64,000 bases of DNA from contig JACQVS010000015.1 in NCBI GenBank assembly GCA_016209605.1, positions 87 to 64,086 of the forward strand, given 5' to 3'. The notes below the pieces were generated by a model. It ran no database searches, was not told where the DNA came from, and was given only the letters and a program-made list of their open reading frames with translations. A program made the translations under genes and the position numbers. This document shows, piece by piece, positions 1 through 9,968 of the stretch (position 1 is its first letter; each line of letters opens with the position of its first letter). Origin of the DNA: Planctomycetota bacterium (GTDB lineage Bacteria > Planctomycetota > UBA8108 > JACQVS01).

Positions 1-13
1 CATTTTGTCTTCT

Positions 14-44
14 TCTTGGCGCTCTTGGCGTCTTAGCGGTTCAA
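14..44. repeat. One arm of the CGCCAAG-periodic intergenic palindromic element; remainder presumably outside the window
   Basis: CTTGGCGCTCTTGGCGTCTTAGCGGTT is the reverse complement (1 mismatch) of the left arm at 32596. Confidence 0.75.
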
Positions 45-113
45 CCAATTTCCGGACTCGTAAATTGATTTGTGTTCCGCCGCAGGCGGACGAATATCGG
101 TTGTAGGTTCTCC

Positions 114-1358
114 ATGCGCATCGGCATCGACCTCCTCTCCGAAAGCGGCGCCCCGGGCGGGGTTCACACCTACTCGAACCGGCTCATCGAGGCCCTCCTC
201 GACCTGGCGTCCAGCCGCTTCGAGGGCGCGGCCGCCGATCTCGAACTGGTCCTTTTTCTCCACGACGACTTCCAGTGGATGTTCGCCGAGGACAAGCTCG
301 AGCGCGGCCGGGTGCAGCGGATTTTTACCGGCCGTAAGAAGGTCCGGGCTTGCCGGCGCCGCTGGCTGGAGCAAACTCTCCTTCCCCGACTGCTCGACCG
401 GCATCCCGTCGATCTGCTCCACTCGGTCAACAACGTCCTGCCGCTCCGGGTGAATCTTCCGCGCGTGGTCACGGTGCACGATCTGTCGCCGTACGTCCTG
501 CCCGGCCGCTTCGGCTTCTTCAAGCGCACCTTCTTGCGCTGGGCGGTGCCGCGGTCGATCCTCGCCGCCAACCTGGTGATTGCCGTCTCCCAGAACACCC
601 GCACGGAGATCCTCCGCCGCATTGCCGGCGTTCAACCCGAGAAGGTGGCGGTCACCCCGGAAGGCTTCGACCTCCGCTTCCACCCGCGGCGGGACCCGGA
701 GGCCGAGGAGAAGATCCGCCGGCGGCACCAGCTCCCCGATCCGTTCCTCCTCTATGTCGGCGCCGGCGAGCCCGGCAAGAACCTCCTTGGGGTCAGCCGC
801 GCCCTGGCGCTGCTCCACGAGAAGTTCCAGCTGAACATTCCCTGGGTTCTCGCCGGCGCCTCCGGGCCCCATCTCGATTGGCTCGAGAGGCAGTGGCTGG
901 AGATGGGCTTGAAGGGGTGGATCCGGACGCTGGGACTGGTCCCCGATGAGGAGCTGCCCCACCTCTATCGCATGGCCAACGTCTTCATCTTCCCCTCGCT
1001 TTACGAGGGCTTCGGCCTCCCCCTGCTCGAGGCGCTGGCCTGCGGGACCCCGGCCATCACCTCGCAAGCCCCTTCGGCGCTGGCGGAGCTGGCCGGCAAT
1101 GCCGCCCTGCGGGTCGATCCCCAGGCTCCCGAGGAGATCGCCTTCGCCATCGCCAAGCTCTGGAAAAACCTCCGCGTGCGGGAGTCCTACAGCGGGATGG
1201 GGCTGGCCCGCGCCGCCGAGTTCAGCTGGGAGGCGACGGCCCTGAAAACCTTGCGGATCTATCAACAAGTGCTGGGCGGGAAACCCTCTGATGGATCAAT
1301 GGCTCTTCAGTCGCGCCCTTATTATAGCCCATCCAGGGAGATCAGGTACTCGGGATAG
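114..1358 (+). CDS. Glycosyltransferase family 4 (GT-B fold)
   Basis: N-terminal MRIGID, VTVHDL, and FPSLYEGFGLPLLEALACG (EX7E motif); ATG at 114 preferred over GTG at 72. Confidence 0.92.
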   Translation: MRIGIDLLSESGAPGGVHTYSNRLIEALLDLASSRFEGAAADLELVLFLHDDFQWMFAEDKLERGRVQRIFTGRKKVRACRRRWLEQTLLPRLLDRHPVDLLHSVNNVLPLRVNLPRVVTVHDLSPYVLPGRFGFFKRTFLRWAVPRSILAANLVIAVSQNTRTEILRRIAGVQPEKVAVTPEGFDLRFHPRRDPEAEEKIRRRHQLPDPFLLYVGAGEPGKNLLGVSRALALLHEKFQLNIPWVLAGASGPHLDWLERQWLEMGLKGWIRTLGLVPDEELPHLYRMANVFIFPSLYEGFGLPLLEALACGTPAITSQAPSALAELAGNAALRVDPQAPEEIAFAIAKLWKNLRVRESYSGMGLARAAEFSWEATALKTLRIYQQVLGGKPSDGSMALQSRPYYSPSREIRYSG

Positions 1359-1687
1359 TTCTCGATGGTTTCGGTCCGGCCGAACTGGTGGATTCTCTCG
1401 ACCAGCACCATCCACTCTGCGTATGCCTCCAGATCCGCAACCGCCGGGGCGGCGTTGACCGTATTTTCCTTCTGGAAATGCCCCACCAGGGTCTTCAAGG
1501 TGCCGCGCAGCCCTTTGGAGAGCACCTTGTTCTCGATGTCGCGCAGGAAAGCGCCGATGGAGACGGGGAGTTGCTGGGACTTGCGGGCGACGATATCGGC
1601 GATGCGGGCGACGAAGTCGAAGTGCTTGCCGAGGGGCTGGGCCCACTCTTCAGAAGCACCGCCGTGATAAGCACCAAAGCTGGACAT
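1322..1687 (-). CDS. Hypothetical helical protein (121 aa)
   Basis: AGGAAGG Shine-Dalgarno upstream of ATG 1687; protein-like composition; 3' end overlaps the convergent GT4 gene. Confidence 0.7.
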   Translation of the reverse strand: MSSFGAYHGGASEEWAQPLGKHFDFVARIADIVARKSQQLPVSIGAFLRDIENKVLSKGLRGTLKTLVGHFQKENTVNAAPAVADLEAYAEWMVLVERIHQFGRTETIENYPEYLISLDGL

Positions 1688-1842
1688 TGGAACCACCTTC
1701 CTTCTGGCGCTCCCGCCCATAAGAGGGGGAGCGGATTATCGGTACTTACCCCCATTCAGACCCATAAGCATACCCGAAACGGCGGCCCGGAGTCAACTCT
1801 AATTGACGGAAATGTTCCCTGCTCGATCCCTAACATCTTAAT

Positions 1843-2832
1843 CTACTTATACTTATTCCTTCGTGCCCTTCGTTTCCGACGCGGTTTAAATCTTTCCAGG
1901 ACCTGCCGCAAAGACCCCCCGGCCTGCCGCAGACGCCGCTCCGCGGCGGCCCGGCCGGCACCGAGGCGGGCCATGACAATGGCTGCCTTGACGCTGCGGC
2001 CGGAGCGCTCCAGCAGTCGGGCCGCGGCGGCGGTCTCGAGGCTGCCCAGCTTGGCGATCAAGGCGGTGGCCCGGCGGATGAGCTTTCGATTCACCGGTCG
2101 CACGTCGACCATCAAGTTGTCATACACCTTGCCCCAGCGGATCATGGCCGCGGTGGTGATCATGTTGAGGGCCATCTTCGTGGCCGTGCCGGCCTTGAGG
2201 CGGGTGGAGCCGGCGATCACCTCCGGGCCCGCCAGGAGCTCGATCAAAAAATCGACCGGCAGCGTTTTTTTCCGCCCCGGCTCGAGGCGATTCGAGGTGA
2301 TGAGGGCCGTGGCGGCGCCGCGGGCCTTCCCCGCCGCCAGGGCGCCGAGCACGTACGGCGTCGAGCCGCTGGCGGCGATGCCGCAGATCACATCCCTCGG
2401 CCCGGCGCGCCGCCGCCGGATCGCCCGGGCGCCGCGGCCGCCGCTGTCCTCCGCCCCTTCGATGGAATTCCTCAAGGCGCGGTCTCCGCCGGCGATCAAT
2501 CCCACCACCCGCCCCGGGGGAACGCTGAAGGTCGGCGGGCACTCGGAGGCATCGAGAACCCCCAGCCGCCCGCTGCTCCCCGCCCCTACGTAGATGAGCC
2601 GCCCGCCGCGGCGGAACGACTCCACCACCCGGTCGATCAGCGGGGCGAGCCGCTCCAGGGCCCGGCCTACCGCCAGCCAGGCGCGCCGGTCCTCGCGATG
2701 GATGACCCCGAGGATCTTCGGGGTGGGGAGGGCGTCGATGCCGATGGAGGCCGGGTTGACCGCCTCGGTGAGCTCCGCCGGGTCGGGCTGGAAGCGCGCT
2801 GCGGGCCGTTTTTCTCGTCGCGGCGATCCCAT
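1843..2832 (-). CDS. murQ: N-acetylmuramic acid 6-phosphate etherase
   Basis: GAGSSGRLGVLDASECPPTF, GPEVIAGSTRLKAGTATKM, GKVYDNLMVD. Confidence 0.95.
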   Translation of the reverse strand: MGSPRREKRPAARFQPDPAELTEAVNPASIGIDALPTPKILGVIHREDRRAWLAVGRALERLAPLIDRVVESFRRGGRLIYVGAGSSGRLGVLDASECPPTFSVPPGRVVGLIAGGDRALRNSIEGAEDSGGRGARAIRRRRAGPRDVICGIAASGSTPYVLGALAAGKARGAATALITSNRLEPGRKKTLPVDFLIELLAGPEVIAGSTRLKAGTATKMALNMITTAAMIRWGKVYDNLMVDVRPVNRKLIRRATALIAKLGSLETAAAARLLERSGRSVKAAIVMARLGAGRAAAERRLRQAGGSLRQVLERFKPRRKRRARRNKYK

Positions 2833-2843
2833 GTCGAATTCGC

Positions 2844-3854
2844 TCAGCCTCCGTACTGGGCTTTGCGGTAAATCTCGCCCCGCTTCTGGTTGGCGCGGCG
2901 GATGAGATCGGTGAAGGGGTACTTCTGGGCGATCTGCTCCAGGGCCCGCATCGCCTCCTCGTACTTTTTCTGGCCGACCAGCTCGTCCGCCTTTCTGAAG
3001 ATTTTCTCCGCCTCGGCGCGGTACTTCTCCGAGAGCGCCGTCACCTGTTCCAGGGACACCGCATCGAGCTTCTTCCGCTCCTTGGGGTCCTCGAGCGGCT
3101 GGAGGTGCTGGACGGCGGCCTTGGTGTCCTTCAGCTCCCAGGCGTAGCGCGACTTCTCGAGAATCTTGTCCACCTCCCTGGCCACCGCCGCCTGCCTCTT
3201 GTTCTGCTCGGCAAAGACCTGGATCTGGCGCTGCAGGGCGCTCAAGAGGGGCAGCTTGCCGGTGAATCGGTGCGCCACGCGCTCGCGGAAATCGACCAGG
3301 ATCACCGCCGGCACGCCGCGCACCAGCCCGAGCCTGGCGGCCGCGGTGTCGTCCTTCGCGACGGCCTCCTTTTTCTCGCCCGCGGGCTCCTTCTTGTCGC
3401 CCGGCTCCTTCCGGTCTACCCCATCCTTCTCGGCCTCCCCTTTCTTCGGGTCGCTTTTTTCGGGCTGGTCCTTTCCGGGGGCCGTTTTCTCGGCGGCATA
3501 GGCCGCGGCCAGGTCGTCGTCCTCGAGCTGGCAGGCCGGGAGCTGCTTCAAGGCCTGCTCGAACCGTGATTGGGCGAGGTACGACTTCCAGGCGCCGGGG
3601 AGATCCCCCTCCGGGGCCTGCCCTTCCGGCGATTTATAGCCGGCCCCGCCGCCGTAATAGACCAGGAAGGGCCGGTACTCGGCGCGGCACTTTTCGAGAA
3701 CCTTCGGCAAGGGGAGGAAGACCGCCCCTTTTTCCGCTCTGGAAGCTTTTTCATCCTTGGGCCTCACGTCAGCGACGAGGGCCAGGGGCAGCAGGATGAA
3801 GACGGGGAAGAGCAAAATTCTGATACTGAGCGGGTGGATGGTTTTCATAATCAA
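2844..3854 (-). CDS. Exported hypothetical protein, possible thioredoxin-like fold plus TPR-like C-terminal helices
   Basis: Signal-peptide-like N-terminus, K/E-rich linker, C-terminal KKYEEAMRALEQIAQKYP. Confidence 0.7.
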   Translation of the reverse strand: MIMKTIHPLSIRILLFPVFILLPLALVADVRPKDEKASRAEKGAVFLPLPKVLEKCRAEYRPFLVYYGGGAGYKSPEGQAPEGDLPGAWKSYLAQSRFEQALKQLPACQLEDDDLAAAYAAEKTAPGKDQPEKSDPKKGEAEKDGVDRKEPGDKKEPAGEKKEAVAKDDTAAARLGLVRGVPAVILVDFRERVAHRFTGKLPLLSALQRQIQVFAEQNKRQAAVAREVDKILEKSRYAWELKDTKAAVQHLQPLEDPKERKKLDAVSLEQVTALSEKYRAEAEKIFRKADELVGQKKYEEAMRALEQIAQKYPFTDLIRRANQKRGEIYRKAQYGG

Positions 3855-3937
3855 TCTCTATTTTAAAGAAATCCCGGTTAAAATGAACTTGTTTTTGCAG
3901 TCCTGAATCCCTGGCCGCAGCATGGAAAGGACTCTCC

Positions 3938-4696
3938 GTGTCCGGAGCGTTGACCGCCAGCAAGGATCCTCGGCGCATCCGTCGGATGTTCGCCGACATC
4001 GCGCCGACTTACGACTTCCTCAACCACTTCCTGAGCGCCAACCGCGACCGCGCCTGGCGCCGGGAGGCGGTGCGCCTGGCGGGGATCGGCCCCCGGCATC
4101 GCGTCCTCGATGTCTGCTGCGGCACCGGCGATCTGGCCCTCGAGGCCTGGAAGCGCCTGGGCGAAGAGCCGGCGGGCGTCATCGTCGGCGCGGACTTCTG
4201 CCCGGAGATGGTGCATCGGGCGATGGAGAAGAAGCGGATCCTCGAGCGCCGCCGCGAGCGCCCGGCCGCGGCACCCTTCGAGCTGCTCGTCGCCGACACC
4301 CTCCGCCTGCCGTTTCCGGAAGGCGCCTTCGACTTCGTCACCGTCGGCTTCGGCATCCGCAACGTCTCGAGCCTCGAGGCGGGGCTCCGGGAGATGCGGC
4401 GCGTCCTCCGGCCCGGGGGCCGGGCGGTGATCCTCGAGTTCGCCACGCCGCGCTCCGCCTGGTTCCGCAAACTGTTCGAAGTCTATTTCCATCAAGTCCT
4501 GCCGCGCCTTGGCCGCTGGCTTTCCAGCGCCCCCGACCCGGATCTCGACAACGCCTACAAATACCTGCCCGACTCGGTGGACCTTTTCCCGGAGCCCCAG
4601 GTCTTGTGCGACGTCCTGCGGAGCGCCGGCTTCGCCGAGGTCGCCTATCGCTTGCTGACTTTCGGCATCGCCGCGGTACACTTGGGGGTCAAATGA
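3938..4696 (+). CDS. menG: Demethylmenaquinone methyltransferase (UbiE/MenG)
   Basis: MFADIAPTYDFLNH, VLDVCCGTGD, GFGIRNV, AYKYLPDSV. Confidence 0.93.
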   Translation: MSGALTASKDPRRIRRMFADIAPTYDFLNHFLSANRDRAWRREAVRLAGIGPRHRVLDVCCGTGDLALEAWKRLGEEPAGVIVGADFCPEMVHRAMEKKRILERRRERPAAAPFELLVADTLRLPFPEGAFDFVTVGFGIRNVSSLEAGLREMRRVLRPGGRAVILEFATPRSAWFRKLFEVYFHQVLPRLGRWLSSAPDPDLDNAYKYLPDSVDLFPEPQVLCDVLRSAGFAEVAYRLLTFGIAAVHLGVK

Positions 4697-5574
4697 GCGA
4701 CTCTCCGACGATCCCACGCGCCCTCATCCTCGAGCCCGGCAGCCCGAAGCCGGATGCGGAGATCGGCAGGGTCCTGGCCGCCGAGTTGGGGCTGTTCCCC
4801 TCCGACGCCGTGGCCCGCGTGCGCTACGGGGGCGGCATCCTGGTGGCCAGGGCCGCCGCGGCGGCGGTCGACGCCATTCTGGCCAGGGTCCAGGCCCTGG
4901 GCGTCCGGGCGCGGGCCATCCCGGTGGAAGCGCTGGAGGAATGCCACCGCGGCTACCGCTCGAACCGGCTGGAGATCCTCGAAGAGATCCTCTGCGCTCG
5001 GCTGGCGGGCGGCGGCGAGATCGTCATCCTGCGCGAGGATCTGAAAGCGATCCAGATCGGCGGCCTTCCGGGCCAGGACCAGCCCCTCCCGGCCCCGCCG
5101 CGATCCGAGCAGGGCCGCAAGGACGCCCCGCCTCCGGAAAAAGCCCTCGAGCCTTACTTCGCCGAGCTGGCCGCTACCTCCCGGATCAGCCCGCGCGGGC
5201 AGAAAGTCCTGAGCTGGCTGCGCGAGTTCGAGGGGCCGCCGCCCCGCTTTTTCCTGACGCTTTATGCCAGGGACCCGGCCGGGCCCATCCGCCTCGAGCG
5301 CGAGGAGATCGACTTCTCGCCTCTGGGGGAGAAGAAGCTGGCGCACAGCCTCGACAACTTCCTGCTCCTGGCCGAAACCTTGATCGGGCAGTTCCCCAAC
5401 CTGCTCAACCGCGAGCGGGTGGCCGGCTTCCTGGAGCGGCTCGATCCGGCGGAGATCCTCTTCTTCAAAGAGGAGGAAAGCCAGAACTTCGACCGCTGGA
5501 TCCAGGCCTGGATCCGCGCCGAAGAGATCGCCCTCCAGCCGCCGGCGCCGGCGAGAAACCCATCGAGCTCCTGA
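4693..5574 (+). CDS. Hypothetical protein inside the menaquinone operon
   Basis: ATGA overlap with the menG stop; C-terminal part of the 3922-5574 ORF, starting MSDSPTIP. Confidence 0.8.
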   Translation: MSDSPTIPRALILEPGSPKPDAEIGRVLAAELGLFPSDAVARVRYGGGILVARAAAAAVDAILARVQALGVRARAIPVEALEECHRGYRSNRLEILEEILCARLAGGGEIVILREDLKAIQIGGLPGQDQPLPAPPRSEQGRKDAPPPEKALEPYFAELAATSRISPRGQKVLSWLREFEGPPPRFFLTLYARDPAGPIRLEREEIDFSPLGEKKLAHSLDNFLLLAETLIGQFPNLLNRERVAGFLERLDPAEILFFKEEESQNFDRWIQAWIRAEEIALQPPAPARNPSSS

Positions 5575-5580
5575 TCGCCC

Positions 5581-6246
5581 ATGACCGACGAAGCTTGCAA
5601 CCGACCAGACCGCCACGAGCCGCCGCCTCCGGGAGAAGGCGGATCGCCTGCCGCCTCGAGGGCTCGGCGGGTGGTGGTCGGCGTCACCGGGGCGAGCGGA
5701 GCGATCTACGCCCACCGCCTGACGGCCGAGCTGCTGCGCCGCGGCGCCGAGGTCTTCCTCGCCGCCTCCAGCGCCGGGCGGCAGGTCATCCAGGAGGAGA
5801 TTCCCGAGCTGGCCGGCCCGGCCGACCGGATCTTCGCCCGCTTGCCTCCGGGCGAGCTGCGGATCTTCCACGAAAAAGACTTGTTCGCCCCCTTTTGCAG
5901 CGGCTCCTTCGCCTTCCACGGCATGGCCGTCGTTCCCGCCTCCATGGGAACGATCGGCGCCCTCGCCTCCGGCTGCGTGAGCAACTGCATCCACCGCGGC
6001 GCCGAGGTCGCCTTGAAGGAGAAACGGCCGCTCGTCCTGGTTCCCCGCGAGACCCCCCTCTCGGCCATCCATCTGGAGAACCTGCTGCGCCTCGCCCGCG
6101 CCGGGGCCGTCATCCTGCCGCCCATGCCGGCCTTTTACCAGCATCCCCGGACCATCGGCGATCAGGTCGACTTCGTGGTCTCGCGCGTCCTCGACCATCT
6201 GGGCTTTGACAACGACCTTTTCCCCCGCTGGACCGAACGGCCATGA
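5581..6246 (+). CDS. ubiX: Flavin prenyltransferase
   Basis: VVGVTGASGAIYA, PASMGT, LVLVPRETP, PPMPAFY. Confidence 0.95.
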   Translation: MTDEACNRPDRHEPPPPGEGGSPAASRARRVVVGVTGASGAIYAHRLTAELLRRGAEVFLAASSAGRQVIQEEIPELAGPADRIFARLPPGELRIFHEKDLFAPFCSGSFAFHGMAVVPASMGTIGALASGCVSNCIHRGAEVALKEKRPLVLVPRETPLSAIHLENLLRLARAGAVILPPMPAFYQHPRTIGDQVDFVVSRVLDHLGFDNDLFPRWTERP

Positions 6247-7199
6247 GCCCCGCTGATTACCCGCCGCCTCCCGGAGGCTCCACCGCCGCCACCGAGCCGC
6301 TCCGCCCGCCCGCCGCAGCCCGCGGCCGGAGCCTCCTCGAGTCGGTGAAGACCTTCGGCGAGATGATCAAGATCTCGCACTCGGTTTTCGCGTTGCCTTT
6401 CGCCGTGGCCGCCTTCTTCGTCGCCGCCGGCGGCGCGCCGGACTGGCTGCTCTTCCTCAAGGTTGTCCTCGCCTGCGTCTTCGCCCGCACCGCCGCCATG
6501 TCCTTCAACCGCTGGGCCGATGCCTCGATCGACGCCCGCAATCCGCGCACCCGCGGCCGCGCCCTCCCCGCCGGACAGCTCCACCGCGGCGCCGTCCTGG
6601 CGGCGTCGGCGGCCAGCGCGGCCCTCTTCATCGCCACCGCCTTCTGGATCAACTCTCTGGCCTTCCGGCTCTCTCCGGCGGCGCTCCTCGTGCTTCTCGG
6701 CTACTCCTACACCAAGCGCTTCACCTCGGCCTCGCACCTGGCCCTCGGGCTCGCCCTGGGGCTTTCGCCGCTGGGGGCATGGGTGGCGGCGCGCAACGAG
6801 CTGGCGCTCTTCCCCGCCCTGCTGGGCCTGGCGGTGCTCTTCTGGACCGCCGGCTTCGACATCATTTACGCCTGCCAGGACCTCGACTTCGACCGCCGGG
6901 AGAAGCTGTTGTCGATTCCGGCGCGCTGTGGGATCGCCCGCGCCTTGTGGATCTCCCGCCTGTTCCACCTGCTGACCCTGGGTCTCCTGGCCGTCTGCGG
7001 CTGGATAGCGGGCTTAGGCCCCGCCTACTTTTCTGGTATCATGATAGTTGGCGCGCTGCTCCTCTACGAGCAATGGGTTGTTCGCGGAGATGACCTGACG
7101 CGGGTCAATGTCGCCTTCTTCAACCTGAACGGTTTGATCAGCGTGATCTACATGACCGCCACCTTGATCGACCTTTTTCTTTTCAAACGCCAGCCATGA
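6243..7199 (+). CDS. ubiA: UbiA-family polyprenyltransferase (MqnP-like)
   Basis: IKISHSVFALPF, FNRWADASIDARNPRT, YSYTKRFT, GFDIIYACQDLDFD. Confidence 0.92.
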   Translation: MSPADYPPPPGGSTAATEPLRPPAAARGRSLLESVKTFGEMIKISHSVFALPFAVAAFFVAAGGAPDWLLFLKVVLACVFARTAAMSFNRWADASIDARNPRTRGRALPAGQLHRGAVLAASAASAALFIATAFWINSLAFRLSPAALLVLLGYSYTKRFTSASHLALGLALGLSPLGAWVAARNELALFPALLGLAVLFWTAGFDIIYACQDLDFDRREKLLSIPARCGIARALWISRLFHLLTLGLLAVCGWIAGLGPAYFSGIMIVGALLLYEQWVVRGDDLTRVNVAFFNLNGLISVIYMTATLIDLFLFKRQP

Positions 7200-8263
7200 G
7201 CTCGACCGAAGGATTTCTGCTGTCTGCTTACCTGCGCTCCAAAGGTCCGGTTCCTTACTCCAAGGCGGCCCGGATCGCCTGCGAGCTGTTGAAAATTCTG
7301 GAGAAGGCGCGGCAAGGCGGCGGCCCGGCGCCGCTGGCCATCCATCCGGGCCGCATCCACCTCGACGCGCGGGGGAAGGTGGATCTGCTGCCGGAGGAAT
7401 CCGGCGCGGCGCCGGAGGCGGATCGCCTGCTGGCATACCAGGCGCCGGAAGTGCTCGCGGGGAAGGCGGGCGACTGGCGGTCGGCCCTCTACTCCCTGGG
7501 AGCCACGCTCTTCGAGCTGCTCACCGGCCGGAAGGCGCGCTCCGGAGCCAGCGCCGCGGAGGTTCTGAAGGAGAAAGTTCCCGAGCTGCGAGAGCTCAAT
7601 CCAAGCATCCCCGTTTCCCTCGCGGCCATCGTCCAGTCGCTGCTCGCCGGCGATCCCCGGGCGCGGCCTCAGAGCCCCCTCCAGGTCCTGGAACGGATCC
7701 AGCAAGCCATGGGCTACGGCGCGAGCGCGGGCGCTGCGGCTCCTCGGCCGGCCGCCGCGCCCGCGCCGCGGCGGCCGCGGCCTGAAAAAACGCCGCGCCG
7801 GACCCCCGTCCCGGAGGAGTGGGAAGAGGAGAGTCCGGAGCGCTACGTGGTGGTCAAGCCCCGCCAGCGATACTTCACTTACGGCGGCATCGCCGTGGGC
7901 GGCATGATCTCGTTCTTCCTGGTCTTCACCGCGCTCAAGCGACACGACCAGCTTCCCAAACAGCAGGCCCAGCTCCTTCAAGCGCAAACCGAAGCGGCGG
8001 CCAGGGCCGTTCTCACCCAGCGCCTGGGCGAGCGCCGCCGGCAGTTCGAAAAGGAGGAGAAGGAGGCGGCCAGGCATCTGGAGCAGAAGCTGCAGCTCAA
8101 GATCTCCGACAACATGAAGATCACCGTCCTATCCGGCATGGTGGACCACTACTTTCACACCCCCAGCGGCCGGCTGATGGCGGAGGAGGTGGCCAAGCTG
8201 CGTCCGAAGCCCCAGATCGGCAATCCGGACCGCCCGCCGCCGAAAAAACAGGGTGAGAATTGA
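7196..8263 (+). CDS. Membrane-anchored Hanks-type pseudokinase (C-lobe only)
   Basis: YQAPE, ALYSLGATLFELLTG and DPRARP retained; no Gly-loop, VAIK, HRD or DFG; Pro-rich linker and one TM helix. Confidence 0.8.
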   Translation: MSSTEGFLLSAYLRSKGPVPYSKAARIACELLKILEKARQGGGPAPLAIHPGRIHLDARGKVDLLPEESGAAPEADRLLAYQAPEVLAGKAGDWRSALYSLGATLFELLTGRKARSGASAAEVLKEKVPELRELNPSIPVSLAAIVQSLLAGDPRARPQSPLQVLERIQQAMGYGASAGAAAPRPAAAPAPRRPRPEKTPRRTPVPEEWEEESPERYVVVKPRQRYFTYGGIAVGGMISFFLVFTALKRHDQLPKQQAQLLQAQTEAAARAVLTQRLGERRRQFEKEEKEAARHLEQKLQLKISDNMKITVLSGMVDHYFHTPSGRLMAEEVAKLRPKPQIGNPDRPPPKKQGEN

Positions 8264-9018
8264 ACAAACCGCGTCAGCGTCATTTGCTCTACTTCTTGAC
8301 CGGCCTGGTCGCCCTGCTCGTCTATTATCTCCAGCGCGGCGGCTTTCCACCCGCGTCCCAGCCTTCCCTCCCCCCCGACGATGCGGCGGTGTACGCGGAG
8401 CTCTCGCAAAAGGCGGAGTTCTCGCAACAGACTGGGCGCGGCTTCGGCCGCCTGGAGGGGCCGGTCGGCCGGGCCATTGACGGCGACACCATCCAGCTCC
8501 TCGATGGCACCCGGATTCGTTATCTCGCCGTCGACACCCCCGAGAAGGACGCCCCCTTTTACCGGCAAGCCCTGGAGCTCAACCGCCGACTCACAGAAGG
8601 CCAGCGGACCATCATCTTCACGGCCGCCAGACACCAAAAAGACGCCTATGGAAGGGTGCTGGGGGCGGTGTTCATCGAGACCGGCGGGCTCTCGGGCAGT
8701 TCTACCAATGCTTCCCCGACGGTCCTGCTCGTCAACGCGGAGCTGATCCGGCAAGGCCTGGCCCATCTTTACCTGAAGGACAGTAATCCGCTCACCGAGG
8801 CCCTCAAACCGGTCCTCCTCGAGGCCCAGGCCTGGGCCATTGACCACCAGCTCGGCCTCTTTCCGGGCGAGCTGAAGGCGGGCCAAGCGGTGCTGGCGAC
8901 CCGCTACCGCTACCACCGCCCCGGCTGCCAGAACCTCAAAGCCGGCGAAGGGAAGCCCATGGACCGCGAGACGGCGCTGCGCTCTGGCCGCAGTCCCTGC
9001 AGGACGTGCCGGCCGTGA
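8260..9018 (+). CDS. Thermonuclease (SNase family) with C-terminal Ada-like Zn-binding domain
   Basis: IDGDT, IRYLAVDTPE, DAYGRVLG, VNAELIRQGLA; C-terminal YHRPGC...PCRTCRP; N-terminal TM. Confidence 0.9.
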   Translation: MNKPRQRHLLYFLTGLVALLVYYLQRGGFPPASQPSLPPDDAAVYAELSQKAEFSQQTGRGFGRLEGPVGRAIDGDTIQLLDGTRIRYLAVDTPEKDAPFYRQALELNRRLTEGQRTIIFTAARHQKDAYGRVLGAVFIETGGLSGSSTNASPTVLLVNAELIRQGLAHLYLKDSNPLTEALKPVLLEAQAWAIDHQLGLFPGELKAGQAVLATRYRYHRPGCQNLKAGEGKPMDRETALRSGRSPCRTCRP

Positions 9019-9029
9019 GGGTTGAAAGG

Positions 9030-9887
9030 ATGGTTCGAATCATGCAAGAATCTCCAGAATTGCCCTGGTTGCGCGAGATGGTTCCTGAGGCCCTGGAAGG
9101 GCTCTTCCAGGAGAATGACGCCGAGATTCCCCGCACCGTGCAGCGGCTGGTTGAGCATATGGACTACGACCGCAACCTTGAGACCCAGCTCATCGAAACG
9201 CTGCAGACGGCCGTCGAGCAGCACAACGATGACACCCAGGGAGCCATCTGGATCGCTTTGATCCTTGGCGAAAAGCAGTGCCACCCGGCGATCCCCCTCC
9301 TCCTCACGGCCCTGGGCGAAGAGGAGGATGAAGAGCTGCAAGCGGCCGCGGGCATCGCCCTTCTCAAGATGGGCTCCCAGGGCGTCGAGTCCTTGATCGA
9401 ATCCCTGGAGGAGGAAAGTCCTTCGGTGGGTCTGCTGCAGGCCGGCTGTCGCCTGCTCGGCCACGTCGGCTACCTCGACGACCCCGACTTGCGCCAGCGG
9501 GCCATGGACTTCCTCCTCGAGCGGCTGGAGGCGGAAAAGCGCCGCCCCGGCGCCGATCTTCTGATCGAGAACATCGCCTCGGCGCTGGCCGAGCTGGGCG
9601 ACCGCCGAGCCATCCCGGCGCTTCAGGCCATCTTCCAGGAGCGCTTCCAGGAGAACAATGTCGCGCTCCAGGACGCCCTGGAAATGCTGGAGGAAAATCT
9701 CAACGGCCAGGCCCGAACCGGCGACTTCATCCCGGGGGAAGAGGATTACCGCTGGGCCTTCGAGGCGGAGCCGGAGTCGCAGGCAAAAAAGAAAGCAGGG
9801 GCCAAAAAATCCCGGCGCCGCCGGAAAGGCCTCACGAAGGATATGAAAAGATTCTACCGGGGCCTGGGAACGGAATTCGAGCCGTAA
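9030..9887 (+). CDS. HEAT-repeat protein
   Basis: PBS-lyase/HEAT-like repeats (ILGEKQCHPAIPLL, ALAELGDRRAIPAL); acidic body, basic tail; start uncertain. Confidence 0.8.
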   Translation: MVRIMQESPELPWLREMVPEALEGLFQENDAEIPRTVQRLVEHMDYDRNLETQLIETLQTAVEQHNDDTQGAIWIALILGEKQCHPAIPLLLTALGEEEDEELQAAAGIALLKMGSQGVESLIESLEEESPSVGLLQAGCRLLGHVGYLDDPDLRQRAMDFLLERLEAEKRRPGADLLIENIASALAELGDRRAIPALQAIFQERFQENNVALQDALEMLEENLNGQARTGDFIPGEEDYRWAFEAEPESQAKKKAGAKKSRRRRKGLTKDMKRFYRGLGTEFEP

Positions 9888-9968
9888 CTGAGCATGGGAT
9901 ACAATTCTTCGTGCCTTCGTGGTGATTCTTATGCCGGGTAAATCAGTTGGCTGTAGATTCAGGCGCGG

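Noticed and set aside
3922-5574. 550-aa ORF overlapping menG
   Set aside because: The N-terminal half is an off-frame read of menG; the real gene starts at the coupled ATG 4693
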